A stretch of DNA of 63,508 nt, counting the filler, from Collodictyon triciliatum (lineage: Eukaryota): NCBI GenBank assembly GCA_043381765.1. It is 12 parts of 12 records of this genome, joined end to end, with 100 filler letters (N's around TTAATTAATTAA, not from the genome) between each part and the next. Parts side by side here need not be neighbours in the genome. Positions count along the whole stretch, not along the records: positions 10,676 to 15,903 come from JBHJMP010005363.1; positions 16,004 to 21,230 come from JBHJMP010005364.1; positions 21,331 to 29,178 come from JBHJMP010005365.1; 9 more parts are not named here. One strand, given 5' to 3'. A model generated the notes under the pieces. It worked only from the letters and a program-made list of their open reading frames with translations, did not search any database and was not told the origin of the DNA. Shown in pieces: positions 13,276-26,667 of the stretch. Each line of letters opens with the position of its first letter. The stretch's first letter is position 1. The position numbers and the translations under genes are program-made.

Positions 13276-15411
13276 CTAATACTCCAGAATCCCGCCAGGT
13301 TTTGTGATAAAGAGGCGTCCTTGTGAGTTGAATATGATGCTTGATGCTTCGTGGACGTCGATGGTTTTGAGAATCTTCCCGCTTGTGCTGTAAAAGAGAA
13401 TGGATTGTGGACACTTTGGGTCTTTGGAGAGGCCGCATATCGCCAAGGTCTGGTTTGGGCCTCGCGCCAAGAAAGTGATTTGTCCGAACGGATGCTCCAT
13501 CGAGCGAAGTATTTTGAGGGTTGTTGTGCAATATACGTCAATCACTGGGCGTCCACGCAGGCAAACCATCAACTCGTTCTCATCATTCACCACCATGGGC
13601 CAATGGTTTCTCTTGTCTGTTAGACGCGGTTCAATCTCTGTATGGCAAACCTTTTCGCCAGATGCATTATACTTGAAGATAAATGAGTGTGTGCTATCCA
13701 TGGCAAAGATATTTCCCGCATGGTCAGTTACAACTCCACCCGGAACCAACGAAAGTAACTCGCCGGGTGGAATCATTGTTGAGTTGGCAGTGAGCACCCC
13801 TTGTTTGCTGAAGACGCTAATGAATCGGGTTGATGAATCTGAGACTATCATGGTATCCCCATCATTCGAAAAGGATATACTTTGTGGTTTTGTGATGGTC
13901 GCATTAGGTGGATTAAACACACCGATATGCTTGAGCTGGGCAGAGAACATATCGATGCGATTTCTTTCGCTGTCAATCGTATAGATGTGTTGGGTAATTG
14001 GATGGATCGATATGCTTTTGGGGCGAATGCGGTGACAGAACTCGCTATCTGACAAAGTCGTGGAATTTGAAAGAAACTCGATGGAATTGGAGTACATATC
14101 AACTTCATACAAAACGACACAGTCTTCGAGGTAATTTGTGACTATGAGTTGGTGGCTTGGGTTGAAAGTGGCACCTCCAGGCATTTTTATTACAATTTTC
14201 TTTTTTGTGGTTCCATCTTCGTTGTAAAAATGGAACTTTGAGTATCGGTCATGGATAAAAAATCCACCCAGTGGCGAAAATCCAACCCAGCTTTTGGGAT
14301 GCTCTTCAACACCAAAGTATTGAAGAAACTGTCCTGTGGGTGTTAATATAACAATGATAGGTGCATCCGATATCGTGACATACATTTGGTCATGTCTGAT
14401 TCGTAATCCATGTACACTTCCTCCAAAACTATGAATCTCTCCAATTCTGGAGAATGGTATGCTTTGGATAAACTTTCCAGTCGATGAGAATCTTTGAATA
14501 CGATTGTTTTTACTGTCGGACACATGGATATTCCCTAAACTATCATAGTCAACGCATATTGGAGTGTCAAACTGATATTTTGACCTCCCTTTTGATCCAA
14601 CAGCCAATATAAAGCGATCATTTTCATCAAATAAAACAATGCAGTCATGGTTCTGGTCGACGACCGCATAGCCCTTTCCAGATTTTTCAAATGCAATGTC
14701 AATCGGTGAAAAACGAATCACTCTACCAGCCACATCTCTGCTAGACCTTTCCGGTGCTCTCTGGTTTGGGGTTGACAAAGTCCACCTACGCATCATTTGT
14801 TTCATAAATTCCATTCCACCTCCTCCAAGCTCAGAACCGTCCTCATTATCTTTCATGACTGTACCCAGCATGCTCTCTTGTTCTACAGTCAGGAAGATCT
14901 CTTTCAAAATCGTCATATCAGGCAAAAGTACTGTAATACTGGCATTTTTTGAGTTTGTTACGTAAATGAACCCAGTTGTAGGTCGAACACAGATACCCTT
15001 CGGGCCTTGAAATGCACTAGCATGGCTATATTTTTGTGTGACAACAGACTTTATTACCTTGAGTGAAGATAATGGACGATTAATTGCATACGCACCGAGA
15101 TAAACTCTCCCATTCGAATTTTCAATCCTCTCATTGTCCCTCTTCGTTTCTTGTATATGGGAAATATGAAAGCAAATGTATCTTGATTGGAATGATTCTC
15201 CAAAGAACATATCTGGTGGGTTGAAAAGCACTCCATAGTTAATCCCTAATTGGATCATAGGTATTTTCTTTTGGCTTCCTTTCTTGTGATAACTTAAGGC
15301 CTTCATAATTTTTTGTTTTTGGAGGGATGCTTGGTGCGCATACACAGACAACACCTTAAAATTATTTCCTCTGCATTCCCGGAGCTGTGAAGTATTTAAA
15401 TTAATCATCAT
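13276..15411 (-). CDS. NHL-repeat beta-propeller protein (large terminal exon; may have upstream exons)
   Basis: 711-aa ORF with NHL repeats, e.g. FQGPKGICV..IYVTNSKN and GSKGRSKYQFDTPICVDYDSLGNIHVSDSKNNRIQRFSSTGKF. Confidence 0.85.
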   Translation of the reverse strand: MMINLNTSQLRECRGNNFKVLSVYAHQASLQKQKIMKALSYHKKGSQKKIPMIQLGINYGVLFNPPDMFFGESFQSRYICFHISHIQETKRDNERIENSNGRVYLGAYAINRPLSSLKVIKSVVTQKYSHASAFQGPKGICVRPTTGFIYVTNSKNASITVLLPDMTILKEIFLTVEQESMLGTVMKDNEDGSELGGGGMEFMKQMMRRWTLSTPNQRAPERSSRDVAGRVIRFSPIDIAFEKSGKGYAVVDQNHDCIVLFDENDRFILAVGSKGRSKYQFDTPICVDYDSLGNIHVSDSKNNRIQRFSSTGKFIQSIPFSRIGEIHSFGGSVHGLRIRHDQMYVTISDAPIIVILTPTGQFLQYFGVEEHPKSWVGFSPLGGFFIHDRYSKFHFYNEDGTTKKKIVIKMPGGATFNPSHQLIVTNYLEDCVVLYEVDMYSNSIEFLSNSTTLSDSEFCHRIRPKSISIHPITQHIYTIDSERNRIDMFSAQLKHIGVFNPPNATITKPQSISFSNDGDTMIVSDSSTRFISVFSKQGVLTANSTMIPPGELLSLVPGGVVTDHAGNIFAMDSTHSFIFKYNASGEKVCHTEIEPRLTDKRNHWPMVVNDENELMVCLRGRPVIDVYCTTTLKILRSMEHPFGQITFLARGPNQTLAICGLSKDPKCPQSILFYSTSGKILKTIDVHEASSIIFNSQGRLFITKPGGILEY

Positions 15412-17253
15412 TACAGAATTCTTTCTTATGATTTTTTTTCTCAGGGCCTGATAGATAATTATCTGAAAGATTCTAAAAAAAATTGTCGAAAGAAAAAACC
15501 AGTATACACCTCATCATTCATTCGAGTTTCCCGAGTTTGAAGAATGGATATTATGTGCACAAACCTCCCTGAGATGATAGTATCAATCCCCTCAAAAACA
15601 TCACATACCTGGTAGAATAAAATAGGTTGATTATAAGATTGTCTTATCTAAAACAGAAAATTTTCTGCACAAAATACACATTTTCTATATTTTCTTTTCT
15701 TTTTTTCTTTTTTTCTTTTTTTCTTTTTTTCTTTTTTTCTTTTTTTCTTTTTCTTTTTTTCTTTTTTTCTTTTTTCTTTTTTTCTTTTTTCTTTTTTCTT
15801 TTTCTTTTTTCTTTTCTTTTTTCTTTTTTCTTTTTTCTTTTTTCTTTTTTCTTTTTTCTTTTTTCTTTTTTCTTTTTTCTTTTTTCTTTTTTCTTTTTTC
15901 TTTNNNNNNNNNNNNNNNNNNNNNNNNNNNNNNNNNNNNNNNNNNNNTTAATTAATTAANNNNNNNNNNNNNNNNNNNNNNNNNNNNNNNNNNNNNNNNN
16001 NNNTTTTATTTTTATTTTATTTTTATTTTTATTTTTATTTTTATTTTTATTTTTATTTTTATTTTTATTTTTATTTTTATTTTTATTTTTATTTTTATTT
16101 TTTAAAATAAAAACCTTGAATTACAGGGAGCTATTTCATTATGTGTGCATCGCCGATGATTCAAACTCCGACGATTCGCTTCATCTTCTAGAAATGTGCC
16201 TGTTCTAAAAGTTGGACTTTTCCATAGGTCATGAAGTCATCTGTCGTCTATCATATATTAAACAGTTAAAAAGCTAATTTCATACTTTTCACTTTTTTCA
16301 ACTTGACCCACATTTATATAAGAACAACATTCTATGTCATATTGACTTAATCTGAATTGATGCAGCAAGTATGCAGAGTTGCCCAACCATCACCAAAATC
16401 TTCTGGGTAATGATGGACCATATCTCATGATTAGTTGCCATCGACCTTTTCATTAGTAACTATTCCCCATGATCATTTGTAGAGTAAGTGTGCGGTTGCT
16501 TTCGGCTCAGATTATGGCTCCTCATTCTTTACAATTCGAAATTACATAAATTTATTTGCTGAAAGTCTTTTTAATCAGACAGTGGCCATACATTTACATG
16601 TTGATGTCATTCCTTGGAGACTAAGTATCTAAGTAAGAGAATGTGCAAGGCATTCACATCCTACACTCTGGACTATTTGAGGTGCATCTTTTGTATTCAA
16701 TGCATCTTTTCACAATATAAGAATGATTTTTTTCATGAACACTCAAGTGTAATTTGGCTAATAGGTCGAAATGATCTTGTCTTATGATTCCTTTGTTTTC
16801 ACGCATGCCTTTTTAAAATAATAGTAATAGAAATAACGATTTTGTACCCTAAAAGCAACTACTTGGAATAGAAGGGCTTGCTCTTTAGTGATTCTTACAA
16901 AGATATTACGATTTCTGTCCATTTCCCTGCATTTCCTTTCTAATACGAACATAGCTAAGGATACATTCATTTTTCCATCATTCGCTAATTGTCAATAATA
17001 ATGGTCGTAGCTAATAGTGAGGTTTAGCCCTTACTATTTTTTTCAGACAAATATATTTATCCGAGAATTTCTATCAACAATAATAATATATAGTGGAGTA
17101 ATCATGAAAATCAAAAGTGAGAGGAGATACGACGAGTCAATTAATCGTATTGAACCAATCAAGAAAGTCAAACAGAGAGAATAGCATACGATTATAGTAT
17201 GTTATTAGGAAATTCTTAATCCGATGTATTATTCGCATTTAATCAACAGGAAG

Positions 17254-20200
17254 ATGTCCGAGCCATCACCAAGCAAGCTATCTGATGCCGCCAACCAGCA
17301 AAGATCTGGAGACCTGAAACGGACGGAGCTAACCCAAGAACCCTTACCAGCTGATGAGAAAATCCGTAGAGGCTTAATTCCAGGCGCAGTTTATTCTGAT
17401 GGCGAAGAGAGATGGACTATTGTCTATGACTCCAGAGTCTTGAGAATCTTTATGTCCTCCACATTTCGAGACATGCAAAGAGAAAGAAACGAGTTCTTTG
17501 CAAATGCCGAAAAAAAGTAATGTCGTTTTATTCAATTACAAAAATTAATGAGAATGCACATCAGTATTTTCGGTTTATTGATCAATTAAAAATTGTTACA
17601 GACTCAAAGACTTTGCCAAGAAGAAGGGTATCATCCTTGTTTTCATCGACTTGCGCTGGGGACTGACCAGTGAAATATCTGAGAATGGATTGGTGGGAAT
17701 AATTCAAGTTCTTTATTTTTACATTTTTTTCATTCATTTTTATCAGTTTTAAATTATTTCGATTATATAGGTCGTTATCAGCTGCCTTGAGTCTATCGAG
17801 GAATGTCCATACTTTCTATGCACGCTCGGCTCACGTTATGGCTGGTCACCAAACCATGAAACCCCATCTGAATGGCATCCAGACACGGACTTGAAGTTTC
17901 CATACCTCAAGGAGATTAGGGGTCTCAGTGTGACTGATTATGAGGTTCATTTATAATGTTTACCCGCTTGAGGTCAAATATTTGTATTTATCACTATCAG
18001 TCTCTAACATCAATCATATCAAATAGATTGTTCACGGTGCTCTGAAAGAAAATCCTGCTGCCCGACGTGCGCTCTTCTATTCCCGAGACGAAGAACATGC
18101 AGTCAAACATGTTGCTGAAACCGATGCAGAGCGTGCATTATATCGCCCAGTCAATGAAAAGGATGTAAGCAGAAATGAGTTTGGACCATTTCGCTTTTCT
18201 ATGATTTAATAATTTAAAAACTCATATGAGCCTTAATTTCAGAAAGAAAATCAGGATGTGTTGAAAGGGAAAATTGGAAGTGTGTTTGAAATCAAGCCAT
18301 ACAAGACACCCCAGCAGCTTGTCTCGATGATGGTTGATGATTTGATGGAAGCAATCGACAAGGATTTTCCCGACCAAGAGGTTTGATTTCAAAGCATTTT
18401 TAAGTATAATCAATATTAAGATAACTTTAAGTATTTTTAGTTCTCCAATTATAATATCAAAACCTTGTAGCATAAACATCCTGAGGACATGGCGCATGAG
18501 CAGTTTATGCGACATCGACTGATTGGATTGGAAGGAAGAGACACCATCTTGGCCATTTTGAAGGAGAGAGCGATACTGCAGCTCGATATTGACGGTTCTG
18601 ATATTACCGTTGTTGGCGCAGAGTCTGGTATTGGGAAATCGACGATTATGAGCGGTCTGGTTCGTGACCTGAACACGGGCAAAAAGTCGAATCTGGTTGT
18701 CATCTACCACTTTGTCGGATGCTCAAACTTGAGTAACTATGTAGAAAAGTAAGAATACTCGAATAATATAGTAAGGTTAAATATTTTAATTGGTCATATA
18801 AGTATTAATCACCATTTGTTATAGTTTGGTGGAGCGTGTAGCTCGCATTCTTGTTGAAAATGAAGCAATCGAGCTGAAGCTTGACTCTGAAGAAGGTTCA
18901 CATGTCAAAATGATAATTGGTTTATTTCTTTTTTATTTTTAATTCAATAATTTACAATAAGCACTCATTTTGTTTTTATGCCTTGTTGCAGGGAAGGAAG
19001 CTTTGAAGAAGGGACTAGACCACATACTCAAGCTTGCATCAAGAAACGAGTCAACTTCAATAATCTGTTATTTTTAATCAAAAATACTATCTGACGAGTC
19101 TATCAATACAGGAAAAAGCAGGTTGTCTTGGTCATCGATGCATTCAACCAGTTGGTCAATACAGAGCAAAACAAGCACGTCCACCGCCTTGAATGGCTTA
19201 CCAAAAAGACACCAAAGAACATCTCCATCGTCGCATCAACCATCGACACCCACAAATCATGCGATGTTTGTTGTTTATTTTGACGATTTAATACATTTGG
19301 ATTAACCCAATCGCTTTTGAATAGGTTGCCAAGTCAGCAAAGCTAGATGTAATTCCTGTGTCGAAGCTTGACGATGTTGGAATCAGACGAGCAGCCACCT
19401 CGTTTTTCAAGCGCTACAACAAGACCTTGAACGAGAAACAGATGGAAATGATACTGAGTGACCGTGACGATACTGGTAAGTGTAATTAATCATTCGAATA
19501 TTTTCATATTTTATTTTAGCAAATTTTTTTTTAATGATGCATACGAGAACAGGGCATCCACTTTACCTGCGCATTGTGCTGGATGAGCTCCGTGTGTTTG
19601 GAGTGTACGAAAGAGTAGACACTGAGCTTCTTGAGATGCTGAAAACAAATGGAGTTGTCGATTTGTTCGACCTTGTGATGAGTCGCTGGGAAAAGAAATA
19701 CGGTTTTGTGATACATATAAAAGTGTTTAAAATATCATTTTATTGATTTGTATGCAATTTTAGGAGAGGATATTGTCCGCCTGTCCATCAGCGTCCTTTA
19801 TGTGTCGTGCATCGGTCTTGATGAAAACGAGCTGGATAAATACATAGAACATCGACTTAACCAAATTCACATGCAAATCAACCATGCAACCTGGTATATC
19901 TATTCCTGTCATATGATTCATACTTATCACTTTTGATAAATTGTATTTTTTATTTTAGGAAATCTTTTCTTTTTGTCTTGCTGGACTCGCTCTTTGTGAG
20001 GAATGGGAGGTGATACTGTATTCATATGTTTCTTAATGGTCGTAATTGCTAATCACAATATCTTATCTTAGATATGCGTTCTCCCACCAGCTGCTCACAC
20101 AATCCATCAAAGAGCGATACTTTAAGGACGAAGCATACACAACAAGTGAAGCACGTGAATACGGACTGTGGCTGCTGGGTGAATACGGCTCTGACACCGG

Positions 20201-21105
20201 AGACAAGAGTGTTGTTGCCGAAATATGCCACAATCTGAAGATTTCGAGCGAATATGATAAATTGGTGGATTTTATGAAGAATGAAAAGGTTGGTATTGCA
20301 TTTTATTTTTATTACCGTGACATGTGTTGTAATATAGTCTTTAGGTTGTTGTGAGCATGCTGAATGGTAACTATCGCTTCGAGTTTTATGAATGCTGGAG
20401 AGAGCTGAATAAGAACGGGTATGACCACAAGGCTATCTATTGTGAGTTGGCCAAGGTGATAAAACTCAATTACATATGTCAATATTGAATTTATTTTAAT
20501 GGGTGTGTACACCAGCAACTGCATCTTGCTGGCTCTGCGTTGGTTGATTACTTTCAATACATTCAAGAGAATGCCTTTTTGATTCCGATTCTTGAGCACC
20601 GCATTTCTGTTGAGACGGATGAAGGTTTGGTCATTTGATTTGGATTTTTGTGAATATGTTGCTAACTTTTGGTTCATTTATTAGGTTCGAATAGTAGAAA
20701 TCTGAATTTTCTGGGTATCGTTTACGATAACCTCGGAAAGTATCTTTTATTCGATTATGTATTTATATGTATCCTTCATTAACTTTCTTATTTAAATAGA
20801 TATGAAAAAGCCCTGGAGTACTTTCACAAGTCACTTGAAATTCAACTGAAAGTGTTTGGAGAAGTACACTCTGATGTTGCAACGGCATATAATAATTTTG
20901 GAAACGTTTACTATCAACTCAGAAAGTACGTTTTTTTTATTTCAATGGAGTATATGTATTTTAATTTATTATATTATAGGCATGAAAAGGCCTTGGAATA
21001 TCACCACAAATCACTTGAAATTCGACTTAAAGTATATGGAGAAGTACACTCTGATGTTGCATATTCATACCATAACGTTGGAAGAATATACAATCAACTT
21101 GGAAA
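17254..21105 (+). CDS. DUF4062 + NACHT/AAA-type STAND NTPase + TPR protein (NPHP3/TEP1-like architecture), multi-exon, 3' truncated
   Basis: RIFMSSTFRDMQRER, IDLRWG, LGSRYGW and SVTDYE (DUF4062); Walker A GAESGIGKS; Walker B VVLVIDAFNQL; GHPLYLRIVLDELRVFG; 42-aa TPR exons at the end. Confidence 0.88.
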
Positions 21106-22004
21106 GTAATTTATTTATTGTTTATTTATTGTTTATTTATTATTTATTTATTATTTATTTATTATTTATTTATTATTTATTTATTATTTATTTATTATTT
21201 ATTTATTATTTATTTATTATTTATTTATTANNNNNNNNNNNNNNNNNNNNNNNNNNNNNNNNNNNNNNNNNNNNTTAATTAATTAANNNNNNNNNNNNNN
21301 NNNNNNNNNNNNNNNNNNNNNNNNNNNNNNAAAGTAGCAGAAAATGACAGGATTTATGGAATAACAAATAATAACTACGAAACAGGAAAATCTGTCAAAG
21401 TTCATCAAACGTGTGGAGCTCGCATCCATTCACGGACAAGATGAGGATGATGATGAAGCCAATAAGAAATTATAAAATCTCCGACCTCATCCTTTCGTCG
21501 ATATTATGTTCTTATCGCCAACTATTCAGTGGGCTTCTTTCGAATATTCGGGCTTTACCCAAGAAACAACTGAATTTGGCCAAAATAAAAGGCGAACTAT
21601 ATCTATGATTGCATGTTTGAAATATAAAAATTTATTAACAGATAGTCTTTTGGTTTCTGTTTTTCTGATGAATCAAACGTCATCACCCTGCAAAAAGAAA
21701 AAAAAACTATTTCGTGGCATTTGTCTCTGGTTATCTTGAATTGATTTTAGTCTGCAAATAGAGTGGCATCGAGTTCGTTGGGTAATGAGTCCATCCCCAA
21801 AGCGTTTATACAAGCCCTTATTGTCATCCAGTGTATATATGCATAGATTGTCAAATCCCCCGTTCCTGGTGCTTTCAAGCCACAAGCAGGAGTGTTGACC
21901 TATGCCTCATACAAACCAATCAGCTCTTTGAGAGGAGGAATTATCATAATTGAATGTTGCCAATTCTGCTATGCTTTGACTTGCAGTGAAAAGGGTAGGA
22001 CTAT

Positions 22005-24591
22005 ATGACACATACAAAACAGAGGCAGATGGATAGTGCGCATGGAAATCTAAGGAGGCTGTTACTGAGTATACATTTGTTTCTCCTCATATGCGCACTC
22101 CGACCACATGCGAGAGCAGACGATATAGTGCGAACTTTTTATTTAAATTTACTTTTAATCACCCACTTTCATATATATTTTTTCTCATATAAAGATGTAC
22201 CATTGCAAATATATCATGTCGAAAACTGAAAGTAATCAAAGACAGAACTCAGAAATGATTTCTTTTCTATATCAGCACACTAACAATGGAATCTGTGGAT
22301 ATGTGATTATGAGACCCAAGGGCGAGTTTATCGGTTTAACTGCTTTTCTTTTCATATTTTTTTATTGTGAAAGGAAATTGGAAAAAATTTTGTCATGCGA
22401 TTGTAAGTTTTAATTGAAAAAAAAAACGTTACGCAGCCATAGAGCTCAGTCTCCATGACGAAGTCCTGTAAGTGGAGTTATACGATTTTACTGGCACCAC
22501 CAAAAAAAAATATAAAAAGATAATCATCACAAAAAACATCACAATATTTAAAGTTTATATTTGCTTAGAATCGCGCAAAGGTGTAAATCATACGAAGCAA
22601 CCGCCTACGCACAAGCTAGACCTGATGTTGAATTACCCACAGGATGCCATAGAACAGGTTTGGTATTTAGATTAATCAGTGGCGATGCCAGCGAGAGCTG
22701 TAGACACATACTTAGAAACATGATATCACTCACGCAGATTCCTTAATTCCCTGTCATTGTGCCGAGACCATCTCATCCGGTAGTTCTGATGTTAATTTAC
22801 CTGATGACAACCTCCTTATAGTTTCAGATCTTCGAGATGGGGTGGGTGTATCGTTGGTTACAAAAAAAAAATGCGGATTCAACATGACATGCTTGTTCAT
22901 TCAATCCAAAGAGCTAGAGCTCACTTCAAAGTTTGCTTCGCTATTATAATTGCGTGTAACACATAGGCTTTAAGGATAAATTTTACACTGGACAAAAATA
23001 AGCTTTCGGCTTTACTTGGTAAGATGCAACCGGTCGGGATAGACATATCCGAGAGTTCGGTTGGGAAGAACGCTCGTAGTTTGGTGCAGAGCGATATTCT
23101 GAAGATAGTCTTGTGCATCGAAACGTCATCAAAGACTCGCATCCACTCCACCGCAGCGGCAACTGACCCAGAAAAAGTACGAGATTGTAAAAAGATTACA
23201 TGCAAAGATAAATGTATTTTCACTTTTCATTGGGTGAATTTTAAATCATCTGCGTGGAATGAGTCTATGTAGAGATAAATTGTATAACACATCAATTTGC
23301 ATATTTCAGCCACTCGATGCAGATTCCATGGATTTTGCTCTCTCCAAACACAAGTTTTGTTTCCGTGTGTCAAATCCCATTCAAATTCAAGACAAAGAGC
23401 CGTATGTGGCTCCGTATTCGTCGGCAGAGAGGTACACCCAATGCACTCCCAGCATTTTTTTAATATGATATCTTTAACATCAAGAACGAAATTCATATGG
23501 CGCCTAAGACCATACCTTGGTAGATAACCCCTCTCTTTTTCATCACATATCTTACTTTAAAAAAAATTATAGTAATAATATCGCAAGTTCGAGAAGAATT
23601 TTCGTATTCATTTCTATAATGTCGCCTGAGACCTGGAATACACATGAAGGGAAGATCATCTTGAAATCACTCAAGTGTGAAACAAAAAAGGAAGAAATAG
23701 TGAAGTGCTACCCAGATGGTCAAGATATGGTAACATATTCTGATCCATTCGTAAATTACTCTCACCAGATGGTTTTTATTCGTGGTATTCTTCTGGAATT
23801 ATAACTCTGAAGAATAGTTGCTTTTCAAATAATAAACACTCATGCCCTTCGTATTTTAGTCGACGGATTCCGCCCAACCCCAGGGTTTGCCTGTTCTAAT
23901 CTTGGATAAATCAGATCATATCCCAATACACATATGTTTTGTGCATGTGTCACTCGATGACAAAGCTGAAACACCGATTGGGGTTGGAACCCAAGTATGC
24001 AGCTATCAGATTGAATTGGTTTCGTGTGGATGGAGTGAATCCTCCGGTGAAAAATCGAAATGCGTGTCTCCGCTGTGTGACTCTGAAGTGTTTGCGCCGG
24101 AAACCAGTTCGCCTATATATTCGAATGATACACAAGAGACTGAAAACCCTTCAGAGTCCAGAACAAGTGATAGTGAAACCGGTACTGCTGCTTCTATATC
24201 CATCGCGGGAGTGTTAGTTGGAGGCACTTTGGTCTCTGTTGGAGTTTCTTACCAACGCAGAAAACGAAACAATTCAAAGCCAGGTCATAAGGCTGTTTGT
24301 GGTGATGAAGCGTTCGTATTGCCCACAAACATCGTTGCCGAGAAGATTGGTCAACAGGCAGAAATAGAACGAACTTTCATCTCAAGCAAATGTACAAAAG
24401 CACCGGTATCCAAAGAGCTAGACCCTATAGAATTTTTCTCATCATCCTTACATCCTCACCTACATATACAACGTCCAACAAACCACGCACCCCGCCCAGG
24501 AAACCCAGCCAGCCCCTCGCTCGATATTGACCCGATGGATATTCCTGACATGTCCCCAGTTTTTTTGAAAAAAACGGCGTCAGAAGAATAA
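22005..24591 (+). CDS. Hypothetical single-pass membrane protein, multi-exon
   Basis: Signal-peptide-like LLLSIHLFLLICALRPHARA. Last exon has a Ser/Thr/Glu stalk, TM segment ISIAGVLVGGTLVSVGVSY and basic stop-transfer RRKR. Internal exons not resolved. Confidence 0.45.
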
Positions 24592-24961
24592 GATATGTGG
24601 ACGAATGATGAGATGAAAAGGAACATACTTTAACTACCTTGCTTTCTTTCAGGCGAAGGCGGCAATGTGAATACAAATTATATTTCCCATAAATATCCTA
24701 CTTCACTGGGCTTCCTCTTTGCATCCCTCTTGTTTCGTGTTGGGAGGTAGAACTTGACGGAGTTGTTACAGAATTTAAAAAAGAAATGGATGTCATATAT
24801 ATTCAGCTTAACGTCGTTTATTGCACTTTTTCTTCAAACTTTTTTAATTAGTTTGTTTTTTTTTTAAAAAAAAAGAAAGGACCATATTTTTTTTTTGTTT
24901 TTAAGAGAAAGGTGGAGATGATGGGAGGCTTTCTGATGGATGGTTAGCAATAGCTACTGAA

Positions 24962-26071
24962 TTATGATCTGGCATTTGTGATGTGGTTGTTTGGGAGTGA
25001 ATGGTTGGTGTTCCATTGACGCAGCTCGGTTAAACTCTGTTCGTCTCTTTTCCGTCGCAAGAGCTCCTTTTCTCTATGCATTTGTGCCTGCTTCAGTATA
25101 TCCGTGATGGAGGCATCGCCCAGTGAGTTTTGCTGCTCGGGATAAAAAGTCTTTTCGCGACTAGTTTGCTCGGCATTGTCCAGTCTGTAATCCGGGAATG
25201 TGTCGAAATGATGGTGTGCAAGAGTATATGGTACACTCGTTTCAGTGGCTCGGTTATCTTGTCCTTCAGCATCACTACTACCAGAGCCTTTCCTATCTAG
25301 GACCGGAGATGCAAGCGGATTCCAGTTCATATCATCTTCATCAGCCTTGATTTCTACTACCAGTTGATGGTTTTGCCTTTCTTGCTTGCCGCCCGGATTA
25401 TTTGCGTCCTCGTAGTCGACCAACTCCTCATCATCAATGAGTCCCGCTTCGCTATCATCGTAGCTCTCATCCGTTTGGGTGCTTGCATCAAATGGCACAT
25501 CCAAGTCGCCAGCCACCACGTCTTCGGTCTGCGTGTGCTGCTGTACAACCGATTTACCAGATGCTGAGTGCTGCTGGGGCTTTCTTGTAGAATCCATGGG
25601 AACCATCCCTTGGACTTGCACATTCTGACCATATGCCAGCGTTGTTGGTTGAGATGGATTAACTGTGGCTGTGTTCATGGTCGGATGGAGTGCAGCGGCA
25701 GTTGTTGCCGTGGTGGATGTTGCGGCTGATACGGTGGTTGGAGAAGATGTGTGGGAAACTATCAGTGGATGATATGTAAAAGCGTGTTGAGGAGCTATTG
25801 TGGTTGTCTGGAGACCGCGCGGTGTCTGGACAATATGTTGAGGAGCGACACGCATGTGGGAGAACTGCCGTGGGACAGAGACACGAGGAGTAGTCGGATG
25901 CAAGTCACGCTGGATTGGAGCCGCGTATGTGTAACAGATTGGGGCGGAGACAAGAGTGGGCATCGAGACAGGCGGTATGGGCTGAACCGGCGCCGTGGGA
26001 GAGTATACTGGGTACGATGCTGTGGGTATCTTTGGCACGGCGACAGTGCGTGGAATAGCTGCAGCCGACAT
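24962..26071 (-). CDS. Hypothetical Pro/Thr-rich low-complexity protein (369 aa)
   Basis: Long stop-free, GC-elevated ORF with Pro/Thr-rich N-half and acidic C-half; no domain recognised. Confidence 0.55.
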   Translation of the reverse strand: MSAAAIPRTVAVPKIPTASYPVYSPTAPVQPIPPVSMPTLVSAPICYTYAAPIQRDLHPTTPRVSVPRQFSHMRVAPQHIVQTPRGLQTTTIAPQHAFTYHPLIVSHTSSPTTVSAATSTTATTAAALHPTMNTATVNPSQPTTLAYGQNVQVQGMVPMDSTRKPQQHSASGKSVVQQHTQTEDVVAGDLDVPFDASTQTDESYDDSEAGLIDDEELVDYEDANNPGGKQERQNHQLVVEIKADEDDMNWNPLASPVLDRKGSGSSDAEGQDNRATETSVPYTLAHHHFDTFPDYRLDNAEQTSREKTFYPEQQNSLGDASITDILKQAQMHREKELLRRKRDEQSLTELRQWNTNHSLPNNHITNARS

Positions 26072-26440
26072 TGTGACAAGAGAAGTGTCCAGCGGAACTG
26101 ACTATGAATGATTGACGAGCAGTGAGGGGCACCAGAGAGATGGAAAGGGATGATGGCTTCGTTGTTGAAAGGATTCAGTGGGGAATGTATATATGTATGC
26201 ATCGTGGCAGAATGAATCATTGTGCTGACCTGGACAGATGCGCGCAGAGACCGGACAGACGATGCGTGTGCGCCTGTGTTGATTGCTAGGGTGGGTGATG
26301 AAATATGGCTCGGTTGTGTCGATGAAACTGTGACCAAAGGTGTCTGTGGAGCATTCTGAATTATCTTGGGTTAGGAATTTTGCCAATTGTCTAGTTATTT
26401 CGGATGATGTACTCGGATATACTTGAATGTGTTTGGATAT

Positions 26441-26667
26441 GTTATGTTATGTTATGTTATGTTATGTTATGTTATGTTATGTTATGTTATGTTATGTTAT
26501 GTTATGTTATGTTATGTTATGTTATGTTATGTTATGTTATGTTATGTTATGTTATGTTNATGTTATGTTATGTTATGTTATGTTATGTTATGTTATGTTA
26601 TGTTATGTTATGTTATGTTATGTTATGTTATGTTATGTTATGTTATGTTATGTTATGCTATGTTATG
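26441..26667. repeat. (GTTAT)n microsatellite with a single N at 26559
   Basis: Directly visible. Confidence 0.95.
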
